NCBI RefSeq assembly: GCF_001457595.1
Contig: NZ_LN831039.1
Location: 6,540,001 to 6,572,000 of the forward strand
DNA: 32,000 nucleotides
From: Mycolicibacterium smegmatis
GTDB taxonomy: Bacteria > Actinomycetota > Actinomycetes > Mycobacteriales > Mycobacteriaceae
Direction of reading: 5' to 3'
The position numbers and the translations under genes were made by a program. The notes below the pieces were generated by a model. That model was not told the DNA's origin. It did not search any database and was given only the letters and a program-made list of their open reading frames with translations. Positions 23,072 to 32,000 of the stretch are shown here, piece after piece. How positions within the stretch are numbered: the first letter of the stretch is position 1; each line of letters opens with the position of its first letter.

Positions 23072-23365
23072 GTGCGAAAGACAGCGAAGAGATTCGGTGT
23101 TGCGACGGTGGCAGCCAGTGGCCTGGCGGCGACCCTGATCGGCCTCGCAGCTCCGAGCCAGGCGGCCCCCAGCGGCCCCAGCAACGCCCAGCAGACCATC
23201 AGCCAGTTGCAGAGCCAGGGCTACCACGTCATCGTCAACCGGATCGGTGCGACCCCGATCGACAAGGCCGTCGTCGTGGCCGTCCGTCCCGGCACCAACT
23301 TCACCCGCACCGACAGCCTCAACACGGGCGTCACACAGAAGACCGTCTACGTCGACGTGAAGTGA
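23072..23365 (+). CDS. Small exported protein C (97 aa; signal peptide about 31 aa)
   Basis: MRKTAKRFGVATVAASGLAATLIGLAAPSQA|APSGPSNAQQTISQLQSQGYHVIVNRIGATPIDKAVVVAVRPGTNFTRTDSLNTGVTQKTVYVDVK. Confidence 0.85.
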   Translation: MRKTAKRFGVATVAASGLAATLIGLAAPSQAAPSGPSNAQQTISQLQSQGYHVIVNRIGATPIDKAVVVAVRPGTNFTRTDSLNTGVTQKTVYVDVK

Positions 23366-23387
23366 ACCGCGAAGTAGACCCAGACCG

Positions 23388-23427
23388 TCAGCCCCCGTCG
23401 GATTCGTCCCCCTCCGGCGGGGGCTGA
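23388..23427 (+). terminator. Hairpin terminator of gene C
   Basis: tcagcccccg ... cgggggctga, 10-bp perfect outer arms. Confidence 0.6.
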
Positions 23428-23492
23428 TGCATTCCAGAATGCCTTTTCCGGACTACGCCACGGGATCGCGCCGCGCCACCGATAATGGTGCG

Positions 23493-24290
23493 ATGGCAGT
23501 CAACATGGGGGATCTGTTCGCCGCCAACCTCGAATCCCTGCGATATCAGCCGACTGCCAAGCGAATTCGCGCGTGCCTGGGCGGTGAACCCGTGGTCGAC
23601 ACGTGCGCGGCCGTCCTCGTGTGGGAGCCGCGCCGCGTCGTCCCGACGTATGCGGTTCCGCGCGCAGCCATCTCGGCGCAACTGGTTCCCGCGGGCGGCG
23701 ACCACGGCGACGACGAGATTCCCGGCTTCCTCGATCCGTCGGTCCCGTTCACCGCGCACACCTGCTCGGGCACCGGCTTCGACGTGATCGCCGGCGGCGA
23801 GAACAGCCCGTCCGCGGCGTTCACGCCCGACGATCCCGACCTCGCCGACTACGTGATCCTCGACTTCGACTCGTTCGAATGGCGCGAGGAGGACGAACCC
23901 GTGGTGGCCCATCCGCACGACCCGTTCCACCGGATCGACATCCGGCGCAGCGCGCGCCAGGTCCGCATCGAACTCGACGGGCACCTGCTCGCCGAGTCGA
24001 CGCAACCGATGCTGTTGTTCGAGACCGGCCTCCCCACACGCTTCTATCTGCCCTACGACGATGTCGTCACGCCGCTCGAGCTGAGCCAGACCGTCACCTT
24101 CTGCGCCTACAAGGGGCGCGCGAGTTACTACTCGGTGCCCGACGGACCCGCCGACATCGCGTGGACCTATCACGAACCGCTGCACGACGCGGTTCCCGTT
24201 CGCGACCGCATCTGCTTCTTCGACGAGCGTGTCGACGTCGTGGTCGACGGGCAGCACCAGAGCCGCCCGGTCACACCGTGGAGCGATTGA
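23493..24290 (+). CDS. DUF427-domain protein (long form)
   Basis: VTPLELSQTVTFCAYKGRASYYSVPDGPADIAWTYHEPLHDAVPVRDRICFFDERVDVVVDG, the same signature as the protein at 9179-9561. Start MAVNMGDLF at 23493. Confidence 0.85.
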   Translation: MAVNMGDLFAANLESLRYQPTAKRIRACLGGEPVVDTCAAVLVWEPRRVVPTYAVPRAAISAQLVPAGGDHGDDEIPGFLDPSVPFTAHTCSGTGFDVIAGGENSPSAAFTPDDPDLADYVILDFDSFEWREEDEPVVAHPHDPFHRIDIRRSARQVRIELDGHLLAESTQPMLLFETGLPTRFYLPYDDVVTPLELSQTVTFCAYKGRASYYSVPDGPADIAWTYHEPLHDAVPVRDRICFFDERVDVVVDGQHQSRPVTPWSD

Positions 24291-24371
24291 CAGATCGACG
24301 CCGAACAGTAAAGGCAGGACGGCGAAGGAACGGGTGTTTCGATCCGTGCGGTTCTGGCAACATCACCCCAC

Positions 24372-26234
24372 ATGGTGGGCTCGTCGCACGTTTCGCTGGT
24401 CGCCGCCGCGGGAACCGAGGGCGGCGGTGCCGCGCTCGACCAGGTGATCGGGTTGTCCGCGGTCGCGACGGTCATCACGGTCGTGCTGCTGTGGATCGGT
24501 TATCTGCACCGGCAACGACGCATCACGTGGCTGAACACCTTCGCCGAACGCCTCGGGCGCAAGTTCCACCGCCCGCCGTGGGTGGCGCTCCAGATCTTCC
24601 TGTTCACCTCGACCATCATCTGCGCGCTGTTCGGCTTCATCTGGGACGTGAGCCTGCACATCGGTCAAGGCCGCGACGAGGGACCGCTGGCCAACCCCGC
24701 GCACTACTTCATCCTGGTCGGACTGTTCCTGCTGTTCATCGCCGGTGTCATGGCGATGGTGCTGCCCTACGACAAACCGGGTCCGGCGGCGGTCCGGATC
24801 ACCCGCACGTGGTACGCCCCCGTGGGCGGCGTGCTCATGGCGCTGTGCGGCCTGTACGCGCTGATCGGCTTCCCGCTCGACGACATCTGGCACCGCATCT
24901 TCGGCCAGGACGTGACCCTCTGGGGTCCAACACATCTGATGCTCATCGGCGGCGCGGGGTTGTCATTGATCGCGGTGCTGCTTCTCGAGCACGAGGGCCG
25001 GGTGGCGATGGCAGGCAACAGCACCCCGGGCGATATCAAGGACGACACCAGGTTCAACACCTTCCTGCGGTACCTGTCGTTCGGCGGTCTGTTCATCGGG
25101 CTCTCGGTGTTCCAGATCGAATACGACTTCGGTGTCGAGCAGTTCCGCCTGGTGCTGCAGCCCATGATGATCGCGGGTGCGGCCGCGCTGGCAGCCGTCG
25201 CGGCGCGCCTGGTGCTCGGGCCCGGCGCGGCGGTGATCGCCGCGGTGCTCGCGATCGTCCTGCGCGGTGCGGTTTCGCTGGCCGTCGGCCCGGTGCTGGG
25301 CGCCCCGCACAGCTGGTGGGCGCTGTACCTGGGCCCGGCGCTCGTGGTCGAGTTGGTGGCCCTGACACCGCTTGTCAAGCGGCCCTTGGTCTTCGGCGCG
25401 GTCAGCGGCCTCGCGGTCGCGACCGTGGGTCTGTGGCTGGAGTCGCTGTGGATCGGCGCCGTGTACACCTATCCGTGGCCGACGAGCATGTGGGGCGAGG
25501 CGCTGGCCATGTCGATCCCCGTCGCGGTCGGCATGGGTCTGTGCGGTGCGCTGCTGGCCCTGGTGCTCACCAGCAGGCGGTTGCCGCGCCCCGCCGTCGG
25601 CATCTCGATCGTGGTGGCCACCGTGCTGGCGATCGGCGGCGCGGTGGCCAACGGCCTTCGCATCGAGGTTCCCGAGAACGCCACCGCCACAATCGCACTC
25701 ACCGACGCAGCGGGCGCGGGTGAGCAGCGCATGGTCGACGCCGACGTGCGGATCACCCCGGCCGACCTCATCAGCGACGATCCCGAGTGGGTGTCGCTCC
25801 TGTCCTGGCAGGGCGGCCTGGACAATCAGCGCGGCCTGCTGGTGAACCATCTCGAACGAGTCGGCCCCGGCCACTACCGCACCACGCAGCCGATGCCGGT
25901 GTCGGGCTCGTGGAAGACGCTGCTGCGTGTACAGGACGGCACCACCATGGCGGGTGTTCCGATCTACCTGCCCGCCGATCCGGGTATCGGCGCCGAGGAG
26001 CAGCCCGCCGAGGCCGTCAGCACGCGGGAGTTCGTGCCGGAGATCACGATCCTGCAGCGCGAGCGCAACCTCGATCACCCGTCGTGGTTGTTCGGCGCGG
26101 CTTCGCTCGTGGTCCTGGTGTGCACGTTGCTCCTGATCGCCGCGTTGACGTGGGGTGCGGGCCGGGTCAACGCGCGAGAGCTGGCAGCAGGCAGCACCAC
26201 CGACGAGACCCGACCGGTTCAGCCTCAGACATGA
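24372..26234 (+). CDS. Large polytopic membrane protein of unknown function
   Basis: 620-aa ORF with about 12-14 hydrophobic segments and a C-terminal extracytoplasmic domain (NLDHPSWLFG...TM). Confidence 0.8.
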   Translation: MVGSSHVSLVAAAGTEGGGAALDQVIGLSAVATVITVVLLWIGYLHRQRRITWLNTFAERLGRKFHRPPWVALQIFLFTSTIICALFGFIWDVSLHIGQGRDEGPLANPAHYFILVGLFLLFIAGVMAMVLPYDKPGPAAVRITRTWYAPVGGVLMALCGLYALIGFPLDDIWHRIFGQDVTLWGPTHLMLIGGAGLSLIAVLLLEHEGRVAMAGNSTPGDIKDDTRFNTFLRYLSFGGLFIGLSVFQIEYDFGVEQFRLVLQPMMIAGAAALAAVAARLVLGPGAAVIAAVLAIVLRGAVSLAVGPVLGAPHSWWALYLGPALVVELVALTPLVKRPLVFGAVSGLAVATVGLWLESLWIGAVYTYPWPTSMWGEALAMSIPVAVGMGLCGALLALVLTSRRLPRPAVGISIVVATVLAIGGAVANGLRIEVPENATATIALTDAAGAGEQRMVDADVRITPADLISDDPEWVSLLSWQGGLDNQRGLLVNHLERVGPGHYRTTQPMPVSGSWKTLLRVQDGTTMAGVPIYLPADPGIGAEEQPAEAVSTREFVPEITILQRERNLDHPSWLFGAASLVVLVCTLLLIAALTWGAGRVNARELAAGSTTDETRPVQPQT

Positions 26235-26443
26235 CCGCCGAGATCATCACCTATCAGGCCGACCATCCGTTGCTGCTGGCGGTTCCCGCGTTCGCGCCGG
26301 CAATCGTGGTGGCAGGTGTGGTTGCCTACATCGCGATACGCGACCGGCGCCGTAAAGACCCACCGAAGGATCAGCCGGCCGGGACGAGAGACAGGGTTCA
26401 CAGTGAACGCGGGGGCGTTGCAAGCGAAGATGATTCACCGTGA
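26231..26443 (+). CDS. Small single-pass membrane protein (70 aa)
   Basis: MTAEIITYQADHPLLLAVPAFAPAIVVAGVVAYIAIRDRRRKDPPKDQPAGTRDRVHSERGGVASEDDSP; ATGA overlap with the upstream stop. Confidence 0.75.
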   Translation: MTAEIITYQADHPLLLAVPAFAPAIVVAGVVAYIAIRDRRRKDPPKDQPAGTRDRVHSERGGVASEDDSP

Positions 26444-26883
26444 TGAACCGTAAACGCAGCCTTGTCGTTGTGGCGACCGCATTGACCCTGGTGACCGCGG
26501 CATGTGGCTCGGGCGGCTCCGACGGTGGCGGGGAACAGACCTCCGCGGCGCCCGCGAGCCCCTCCGAGTTGACCGTCAGCCCGTCGGACATGACCGATCA
26601 GCAGCAGGCCCCCAGCCGGCTGGTGATCGACGTGACGATCAAGGGCGGTGAGGTGACGCCCACCAACGAGCAGTTGCAGGGCAAGGTGGGTGACCCGATC
26701 GTGGTGCGGGTCAACAGCGACGCCGCCGACGAACTGCATGTGCACTCCAACCCCGAGCACAACTTCCCCATCGAACCGCGCAGCGGCCAGCAGTTCCAGT
26801 TCACCGTCGACGTGCCGGGCACCGTCGACATCGAACTGCACCAGTTGAACCGCGTGATCGCCAGCGTGCAAGTGCAGCAGTGA
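26443..26883 (+). CDS. Lipoprotein with cupredoxin-like domain
   Basis: Lipobox LTLVTAACGSGG; beta-rich domain GKVGDPIVVRVNSDAADELHVHSNPEHNFPIEPRSGQQFQFTVDVPGTVDIELHQLNRVIASVQVQ. Confidence 0.8.
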   Translation: MNRKRSLVVVATALTLVTAACGSGGSDGGGEQTSAAPASPSELTVSPSDMTDQQQAPSRLVIDVTIKGGEVTPTNEQLQGKVGDPIVVRVNSDAADELHVHSNPEHNFPIEPRSGQQFQFTVDVPGTVDIELHQLNRVIASVQVQQ

Positions 26884-28172
26884 CTTCGGACCGAACCGCG
26901 CTGCTGGCCCACGGCTTGGGCGGTTCGACCGACCTTCCGATCCCGTACACCTACGCGTTGCTCGGTGCGGCGTGGACGTTGACGTTCACGTTCGCCGTGG
27001 TGGCATTCGCGTGGCGTAGGCCGAGGTTCGACCCCGACAAACCGGGGCATCCGCTGCCCGAGTGGGTGACCACCTTCGTGGACTCCCCCGTCACCCGGTG
27101 GGGCGTCGGCCTGCTCGCGCTGGTGTTCACCGGGTGGGTCGGCGCCCTGTCGTTCACGGGACCCCAGGACGCGTCGAACCCGCTGCCCGGGGTGTTCTAC
27201 GTACTGCTGTGGGTGGGCCTGGTCGCGGTGTCGCTGCTGATCGGTCCGGTCTGGCGGTTGATCTCGCCGGTGCGGACGCTGATCCGGCTGATCCCCGCGA
27301 CGACAGGGCGCCTGCGGTATCCGGCGCGGCTGGGTTACTGGCCCGCCGCAGCCGGACTGTTCGCGTTCGTGTGGCTGGAGCTCGCCAGCGCCGACCCGGG
27401 ATCTCTTGCCGCCATTCGCAACTGGCTGCTCATCTACCTCGCGGTGACACTGGCCGGTGCACTGTGCTGCGGCCAGGGGTGGCTTTCGAACGCCGATCCG
27501 TTCGAGGTCTACAGCACGGCCGCGTCGAAGCTGTCGCCACTGCGCAGGCACGCCGGGCGCATCGTGGTCGGCAACCCGTTCGACCACCTGCAGTCGCTTC
27601 CGGTGCGTCCCGGGGTCGTGGCGGTTCTCGCGGTGCTGCTCGGTTCGACGGCGTTCGACAGCTTCTCGGCGATGCCGGTGTGGCGCAACTTCGTCGACGA
27701 CAACTCGGGTTCGGCGGCGGGCGCGACGTTGATCCGCACCGCCGGCCTTGCGGTGTTCGTCGCGACCGTGGCGCTCACCTTCTGGGCCGCGGCCCGCGCG
27801 ACCGGCGGCGTGGACCGGCAGCAACGTCGTGAACTCCCCGGGCAGATGGTGCACTCGTTGATCCCGATCGTCGTCGGCTACGTCTTCGCGCACTACCTGA
27901 CCTACCTCGTCGAGCGCGGCCAGCAGACCATCTTCCTGCTGTTCGGGATGCACGACGCCCAGGTCAGCTACATCCTGTCGATGCATCCGGCGGTGCTGTC
28001 GTCGCTCAAGGTCGGGTTCGTACTGGCGGGCCATGTCGCAGGCGTGATCGCCGCGCACGACCGGGCACTGCGACTGCTGCCTGCGCGCCACCGGCTCACC
28101 GGGCAGCTCGCGATGATGCTCGTGATGGTCGGCTACACCTTCACCGGCCTGTACCTGCTGTTCGGCGGTTAG
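26880..28172 (+). CDS. Polytopic membrane protein of unknown function
   Basis: 430 aa, GTG start overlapping the upstream stop; His-containing TM segments (HYLTYLVERGQQTIFLLFGMH; HPAVLSSLKVGFVLAGHVAGVIAAHDRAL). Confidence 0.8.
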   Translation: MTSDRTALLAHGLGGSTDLPIPYTYALLGAAWTLTFTFAVVAFAWRRPRFDPDKPGHPLPEWVTTFVDSPVTRWGVGLLALVFTGWVGALSFTGPQDASNPLPGVFYVLLWVGLVAVSLLIGPVWRLISPVRTLIRLIPATTGRLRYPARLGYWPAAAGLFAFVWLELASADPGSLAAIRNWLLIYLAVTLAGALCCGQGWLSNADPFEVYSTAASKLSPLRRHAGRIVVGNPFDHLQSLPVRPGVVAVLAVLLGSTAFDSFSAMPVWRNFVDDNSGSAAGATLIRTAGLAVFVATVALTFWAAARATGGVDRQQRRELPGQMVHSLIPIVVGYVFAHYLTYLVERGQQTIFLLFGMHDAQVSYILSMHPAVLSSLKVGFVLAGHVAGVIAAHDRALRLLPARHRLTGQLAMMLVMVGYTFTGLYLLFGG

Positions 28173-28735
28173 AGACCGGCGGCGGTCAGCAGCGCCTCGG
28201 CCGCCGCGCGTCCCACGTCGCCGCGGCGCGCGTCGTTGAACACCATGGAACGGCTCGCGACCCCGTCGGTGAGGATCGCGAGCTGCTCGGCCAGCCCCTG
28301 CGGGTCGTCGGCGCCCAGTTCGGTGAGCAACTCGGCGATACGAAGGGTGAAGGCCTGCTTGCGTTCCCGCGTATAGGCGTGCGCGGGACTGTCAGGGTCG
28401 GGGAACTCGGTGGCCGCGGCGACGAACGGGCATCCGCGCACCGGGCCGTCACCGCGCGTCGGCACCGTGAACATCGCCAGGATGCGTTCGCGGGCAGGCA
28501 CATCGGCGTCGTACAGCGCGCTCTCGACCGTGAGACCGGACCGGTAGACGTACTGCAGGAACTCCACCACCAGGTCGTCCTTGGTCGGGAAGTGCGCGTA
28601 CAGCGTGCGTTTGGAGACCGGCGCCTTGGCGGCGATCTGCTCCATGGTGGTCGCGGTGATGCCCTGCGCCTCGAACAACGCGGCGGCCGCGGCGACGATG
28701 CGTTCCCGGCCTCCACGACCGCGCGGTTTGGTCAC
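28169..28735 (-). CDS. TetR-family transcriptional regulator
   Basis: RERIVAAAAALFEAQGITATTMEQIAAKAPVSKRTLYAHFPTKDDLVVEFL. Confidence 0.93.
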   Translation of the reverse strand: MTKPRGRGGRERIVAAAAALFEAQGITATTMEQIAAKAPVSKRTLYAHFPTKDDLVVEFLQYVYRSGLTVESALYDADVPARERILAMFTVPTRGDGPVRGCPFVAAATEFPDPDSPAHAYTRERKQAFTLRIAELLTELGADDPQGLAEQLAILTDGVASRSMVFNDARRGDVGRAAAEALLTAAGL

Positions 28736-28741
28736 GCCGCC

Positions 28742-28811
28742 AAGTATACGTTCACGTTTACATCCGAGAAGAACCCGCTATCGTCGCTGAGGTAAACGCA
28801 AACGTGTACTT
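28742..28811. promoter_or_regulatory. Two inverted 20-bp TetR-type operators (AAGTATACGTTCACGTTTAC at 28742-28761; its inverted copy at 28792-28811)
   Basis: 17/20 identity between copy 1 and the reverse complement of copy 2; each contains GTAnACG-N4-CGTnTAC. Confidence 0.8.
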
Positions 28812-28824
28812 GAGAGGTGTCCAC

Positions 28825-29529
28825 ATGTCCGTGCCCACCCTGCCCACCGGGCCCACTGTCGACCTGGCCCAAGCCGCCGAACGGCTGATCAAGGGCCGCC
28901 GCGCCGTCCGCGCGTTCCGGCCCGACGAGGTGCCCGAGGAGACCATGCGCGCGGTGTTCGAACTCGCGGGCCACGCGCCGTCGAACTCCAACACACAGCC
29001 GTGGCACGTCGAGGTGGTCAGCGGCGCGGCGCGCGACCGCCTCGCCGAGGCACTGGTCACCGCGCACGCCGAGGAGCGCGTGACGGTGGATTTCCCGTAC
29101 CGCGAGGGCCTCTTCCAGGGTGTGCTGCAGGAGCGGCGCGCCGATTTCGGTTCCCGCCTGTACGCGGCGCTGGGTATCGCGCGCGGCCAGACCGATCTGT
29201 TGCAGGGCTACAACACCGAGAGTCTGCGGTTCTACGGCGCACCGCACGTCGCGATGTTGTTCGCGCCCAACAACACCGAAGCGCGCATCGCGGGCGACAT
29301 GGGGATCTACGCGCAGACGCTGATGCTCGCCATGACCGCGCACGGCATCGCGTCGTGCCCGCAGGCGCTGTTGAGCTTCTACGCCGACACCGTGCGTGCC
29401 GAACTCGGTGTCGAGAACCGAAAATTGCTGATGGGCATCTCGTTCGGCTATGCCGACGACACCGCGGCCGTCAACGGCGTGAGGATCCCGCGGGCAGGCC
29501 TCGCGGAGACCACACGCTTTTCCCGCTGA
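28825..29529 (+). CDS. Nitroreductase-family oxidoreductase
   Basis: RRAVRAFRPDEVPEETMRAVFELAGHAPSNSNTQPWHVEVVSG. Confidence 0.93.
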   Translation: MSVPTLPTGPTVDLAQAAERLIKGRRAVRAFRPDEVPEETMRAVFELAGHAPSNSNTQPWHVEVVSGAARDRLAEALVTAHAEERVTVDFPYREGLFQGVLQERRADFGSRLYAALGIARGQTDLLQGYNTESLRFYGAPHVAMLFAPNNTEARIAGDMGIYAQTLMLAMTAHGIASCPQALLSFYADTVRAELGVENRKLLMGISFGYADDTAAVNGVRIPRAGLAETTRFSR

Positions 29530-29546
29530 CCCGTTACCGTCGAGGC

Positions 29547-30098
29547 ATGCGTGCACTGATTGTCGTCGACGTCCAGAACGATTTCTGTGAGGGCGGTTCG
29601 CTGGCGGTCACCGGTGGTGCGGAAGTGGCCCGCGGGATCACCGAACTGCTGGCCGGTGATCATGGTTACGACCATGTGGTCGCCACGATGGATTTCCACA
29701 TCGACCCGGGTGAGCACTTCTCGGACACGCCCGACTACCGGGTGTCGTGGCCGCGCCACTGCGTGGCCGACACCCAGGGCGCCGAGTTCCATCCGGAGTT
29801 CGATGCAGGTGCGGTGGAGGTGGTGTTCCGCAAGGGCCACTACTCGGCGGCCTACAGCGGCTTCGAGGGCACCGACGAATCGGGGACGACGCTGGCCGAC
29901 TGGCTGCGTGAGCGGGATGTCGACGCGGTCGACGTCGTCGGCATCGCCACCGACTACTGCGTGGCCGCCACGGCCGCCGACGCCGTCGACGCGGGTTTCG
30001 CCACCCGCGTGCTGACGCGTCTGACGGCCGGGGTCGCGCCCGAGAGCACGACGGCGGCGGTCGACCAATTGCGTTCTGCCGGAGTGACGATCAGCTGA
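29547..30098 (+). CDS. pncA: Nicotinamidase/pyrazinamidase
   Basis: MRALIVVDVQNDFCEGGSLAVTGG...VDVVGIATDYCVAATAADAVDAGFATRVL. Confidence 0.96.
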   Translation: MRALIVVDVQNDFCEGGSLAVTGGAEVARGITELLAGDHGYDHVVATMDFHIDPGEHFSDTPDYRVSWPRHCVADTQGAEFHPEFDAGAVEVVFRKGHYSAAYSGFEGTDESGTTLADWLRERDVDAVDVVGIATDYCVAATAADAVDAGFATRVLTRLTAGVAPESTTAAVDQLRSAGVTIS

Positions 30099-30267
30099 CC
30101 CGCGGGTGATGATTGCAACACCAGCAATAGGTTTAACCTGCGGAAATCGTTGATCCGCCAGCTCACCGGCGGCCGATGCGTACCGTGGCGCGCCCACCCG
30201 GGTCCGGCGGACGACGACCCGTCGTCATTGTCCGACGCACTCACGCCGATCACCGTAAGGTCGAATC

Positions 30268-32000
30268 GTGGACCCAAGAGTTACCGAAACCGGTTTGGAG
30301 ATCTGGCGAGGCAAGGCATACCCGTTGGGCGCCACCTACGACGGCTCGGGCACCAACTTCGCGTTGTTCAGCGAGGTCGCCGAGCGCGTCGAGTTGTGCC
30401 TGTTCGACGACGACGGCGACGGCGGCCTGCGCGAAACCCGCATCACGCTGCCCGAGGTCGACGGCTTCGTGTGGCACGGCTTCATCCCCAACATCGAACC
30501 GGGCCAGCGCTACGGCTACCGCGTACACGGGCCGTACGATCCGGCCGCGGGCCACCGGTGCAATCCCAACAAGCTGGTACTGGACCCGTACGCCAAGGCC
30601 ATCGACGGTCAGTTCGACTGGGGTCAGCCGCTGTTCTCGTACAACTTCGGCGACCCGGACAGCTGCAACGACGACGATTCGGCGCCCAACATGCCGAAGT
30701 CCGTGGTGATCAACCCGTACTTCGACTGGGGCGTGGACCGTCCGCCGAGCCACGACTACGCCGACACCGTGATCTACGAGGCCCACGTCAAGGGCCTGAC
30801 CCAGACGCATCCCGACATCCCGGACAACATCCGTGGCACGTACGCCGCGGTCGCGCACCCGGCCATCGTCGAACATCTGCAGAACCTGGGGATCAACGCG
30901 ATCGAGTTGATGCCGGTGCACCACTTCGCCAACGATTCGACGCTCATCGACAAGGGTCTGTCGAACTACTGGGGCTACAACACGATCGGATTCCTCGCGC
31001 CGGATTCGAAGTACAGCTCGAGCCCCAACCCGGGCGGGCAGGTGCAGGAATTCAAGGCGATGGTCCGCACGCTGCACGAGGCAGGCATCGAGGTGATCCT
31101 CGACGTGGTCTACAACCACACCGCCGAAGGCAACCACATGGGCCCGACGCTGTCCTTCCGCGGCATCGACAACGCGGCGTACTACCGCCTCGTCGACGAC
31201 GACAAGCGGTACTACATGGACTACACCGGCACGGGCAACAGCCTCAACGTCGGTCATCCGCACGCGTTGCAGCTGATCATGGATTCGTTGCGCTACTGGG
31301 TGATCGAGATGCACGTCGACGGTTTCCGCTTCGACCTGGCCTCGACGCTGGCCCGTGAGTTCTACGACGTCGACCGCCTGGCGACGTTCTTCGAACTGGT
31401 GCAACAGGATCCGGTGGTCAGCCAGGTCAAGCTGATCGCCGAGCCGTGGGACGTCGGCCCGGGCGGATACCAGGTGGGCAACTTCCCGCCGCTGTGGACC
31501 GAGTGGAACGGCAAGTACCGCGACACCGTGCGCGACTACTGGCGCGGCGAGCCGGCAACGCTCGACGAGTTCGCCTCCCGGATCACCGGTTCGGCCGATC
31601 TGTACGAGCAGACCGGCAGGCGCCCGTTCGCGTCGATCAACTTCGTCATCGCCCACGACGGCTTCACGCTGCGGGACCTGGTGTCCTACAACGAGAAACA
31701 CAACGAGGCCAACGGCGAGGACAACAACGACGGCGAGAGCCACAACCGGTCGTGGAACTGCGGAGCCGAGGGTCCGACCGATGATCCGGAGGTCAACGCC
31801 CTGCGGTCGCGTCAGCAACGCAACTTCATCACGACTCTTCTGCTCTCCCAAGGTGTTCCGATGCTCGCCCACGGCGACGAACTCGGCCGTACGCAGCAGG
31901 GCAACAACAACGTCTACTGCCAGGACAGTGAGCTGTCCTGGATCGACTGGGAGAGCGCGGACACCGAACTGCTGGAGTTCACGCAGAAGGTGTCGGCACT
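30268..32000 (+). CDS. glgX: Glycogen debranching enzyme, 3' end beyond the window
   Basis: GTG start; [80 protein letters not shown]. Confidence 0.95.
   Translation, partial: MDPRVTETGLEIWRGKAYPLGATYDGSGTNFALFSEVAERVELCLFDDDGDGGLRETRITLPEVDGFVWHGFIPNIEPGQRYGYRVHGPYDPAAGHRCNPNKLVLDPYAKAIDGQFDWGQPLFSYNFGDPDSCNDDDSAPNMPKSVVINPYFDWGVDRPPSHDYADTVIYEAHVKGLTQTHPDIPDNIRGTYAAVAHPAIVEHLQNLGINAIELMPVHHFANDSTLIDKGLSNYWGYNTIGFLAPDSKYSSSPNPGGQVQEFKAMVRTLHEAGIEVILDVVYNHTAEGNHMGPTLSFRGIDNAAYYRLVDDDKRYYMDYTGTGNSLNVGHPHALQLIMDSLRYWVIEMHVDGFRFDLASTLAREFYDVDRLATFFELVQQDPVVSQVKLIAEPWDVGPGGYQVGNFPPLWTEWNGKYRDTVRDYWRGEPATLDEFASRITGSADLYEQTGRRPFASINFVIAHDGFTLRDLVSYNEKHNEANGEDNNDGESHNRSWNCGAEGPTDDPEVNALRSRQQRNFITTLLLSQGVPMLAHGDELGRTQQGNNNVYCQDSELSWIDWESADTELLEFTQKVSA

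Noticed and set aside
23603-25723. 706-aa plus-strand ORF
   Set aside because: Arg/Gly-rich shifted frame overlapping DUF427 and the large membrane protein; no domain-like text.
30250-31872. 540-aa minus-strand ORF
   Set aside because: Antisense to glgX, which has clear GH13 motifs.

Overview
The window is about 32 kb of high-GC actinobacterial chromosome, most like a fast-growing Mycobacterium/Mycolicibacterium. That is inferred from a Dps with a basic C-terminal tail, gltB, pncA, glgX, KstR-type and RicR-type sites, and many TetR genes. Gene order: gltB(-, truncated) | thioesterase(+) | ClC channel(+) | aquaporin(+) | dps(-) | HhH glycosylase(-) | DUF427(-) | small exported protein A(+) | FAD oxidoreductase(-) | small exported protein B(+) | LCM-type methyltransferase(-) | NAD epimerase(-) + NTF2-like(-) under a KstR-like box | small exported protein(-) | msrA(+) | P450(-)/TetR(+) | TetR(-)/methyltransferase(+) | GT4-methyltransferase-alpha/alpha-toroid protein(-) | PPOX/F420-type protein(-) | C39-like cysteine-peptidase-fold protein(-) | small exported protein C(+) | DUF427(+) | four-gene membrane/cupredoxin operon(+) | TetR(-)/nitroreductase(+) | pncA(+) | glgX(+, truncated). 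The strongest candidate for something undescribed is a putative regulon of three tiny exported-protein genes (A 9800-10006, B 11605-11829, C 23072-23365). Each is preceded by the same promoter module: CTGYCA hexamers phased exactly 21 bp apart, followed by a GGAAT/GAAAT-N18-GTT ECF-like element. A and B share a nearly invariant 30-aa C-terminus (AGVDRLxWLDKxQPKATAPxVDxTVRHSGR). C shares only the signal peptide and promoter. DUF427 genes lie next to A and C. Secondary findings are a paired GGACAYGTGTCC operator bracketing a TetR/methyltransferase/glycosyltransferase cluster, duplicated TetR operators in two other divergent regions, an exact TACCC-N5-GGGTA (RicR/CsoR-type) palindrome, a KstR-type box, and an uncharacterised membrane/cupredoxin operon.
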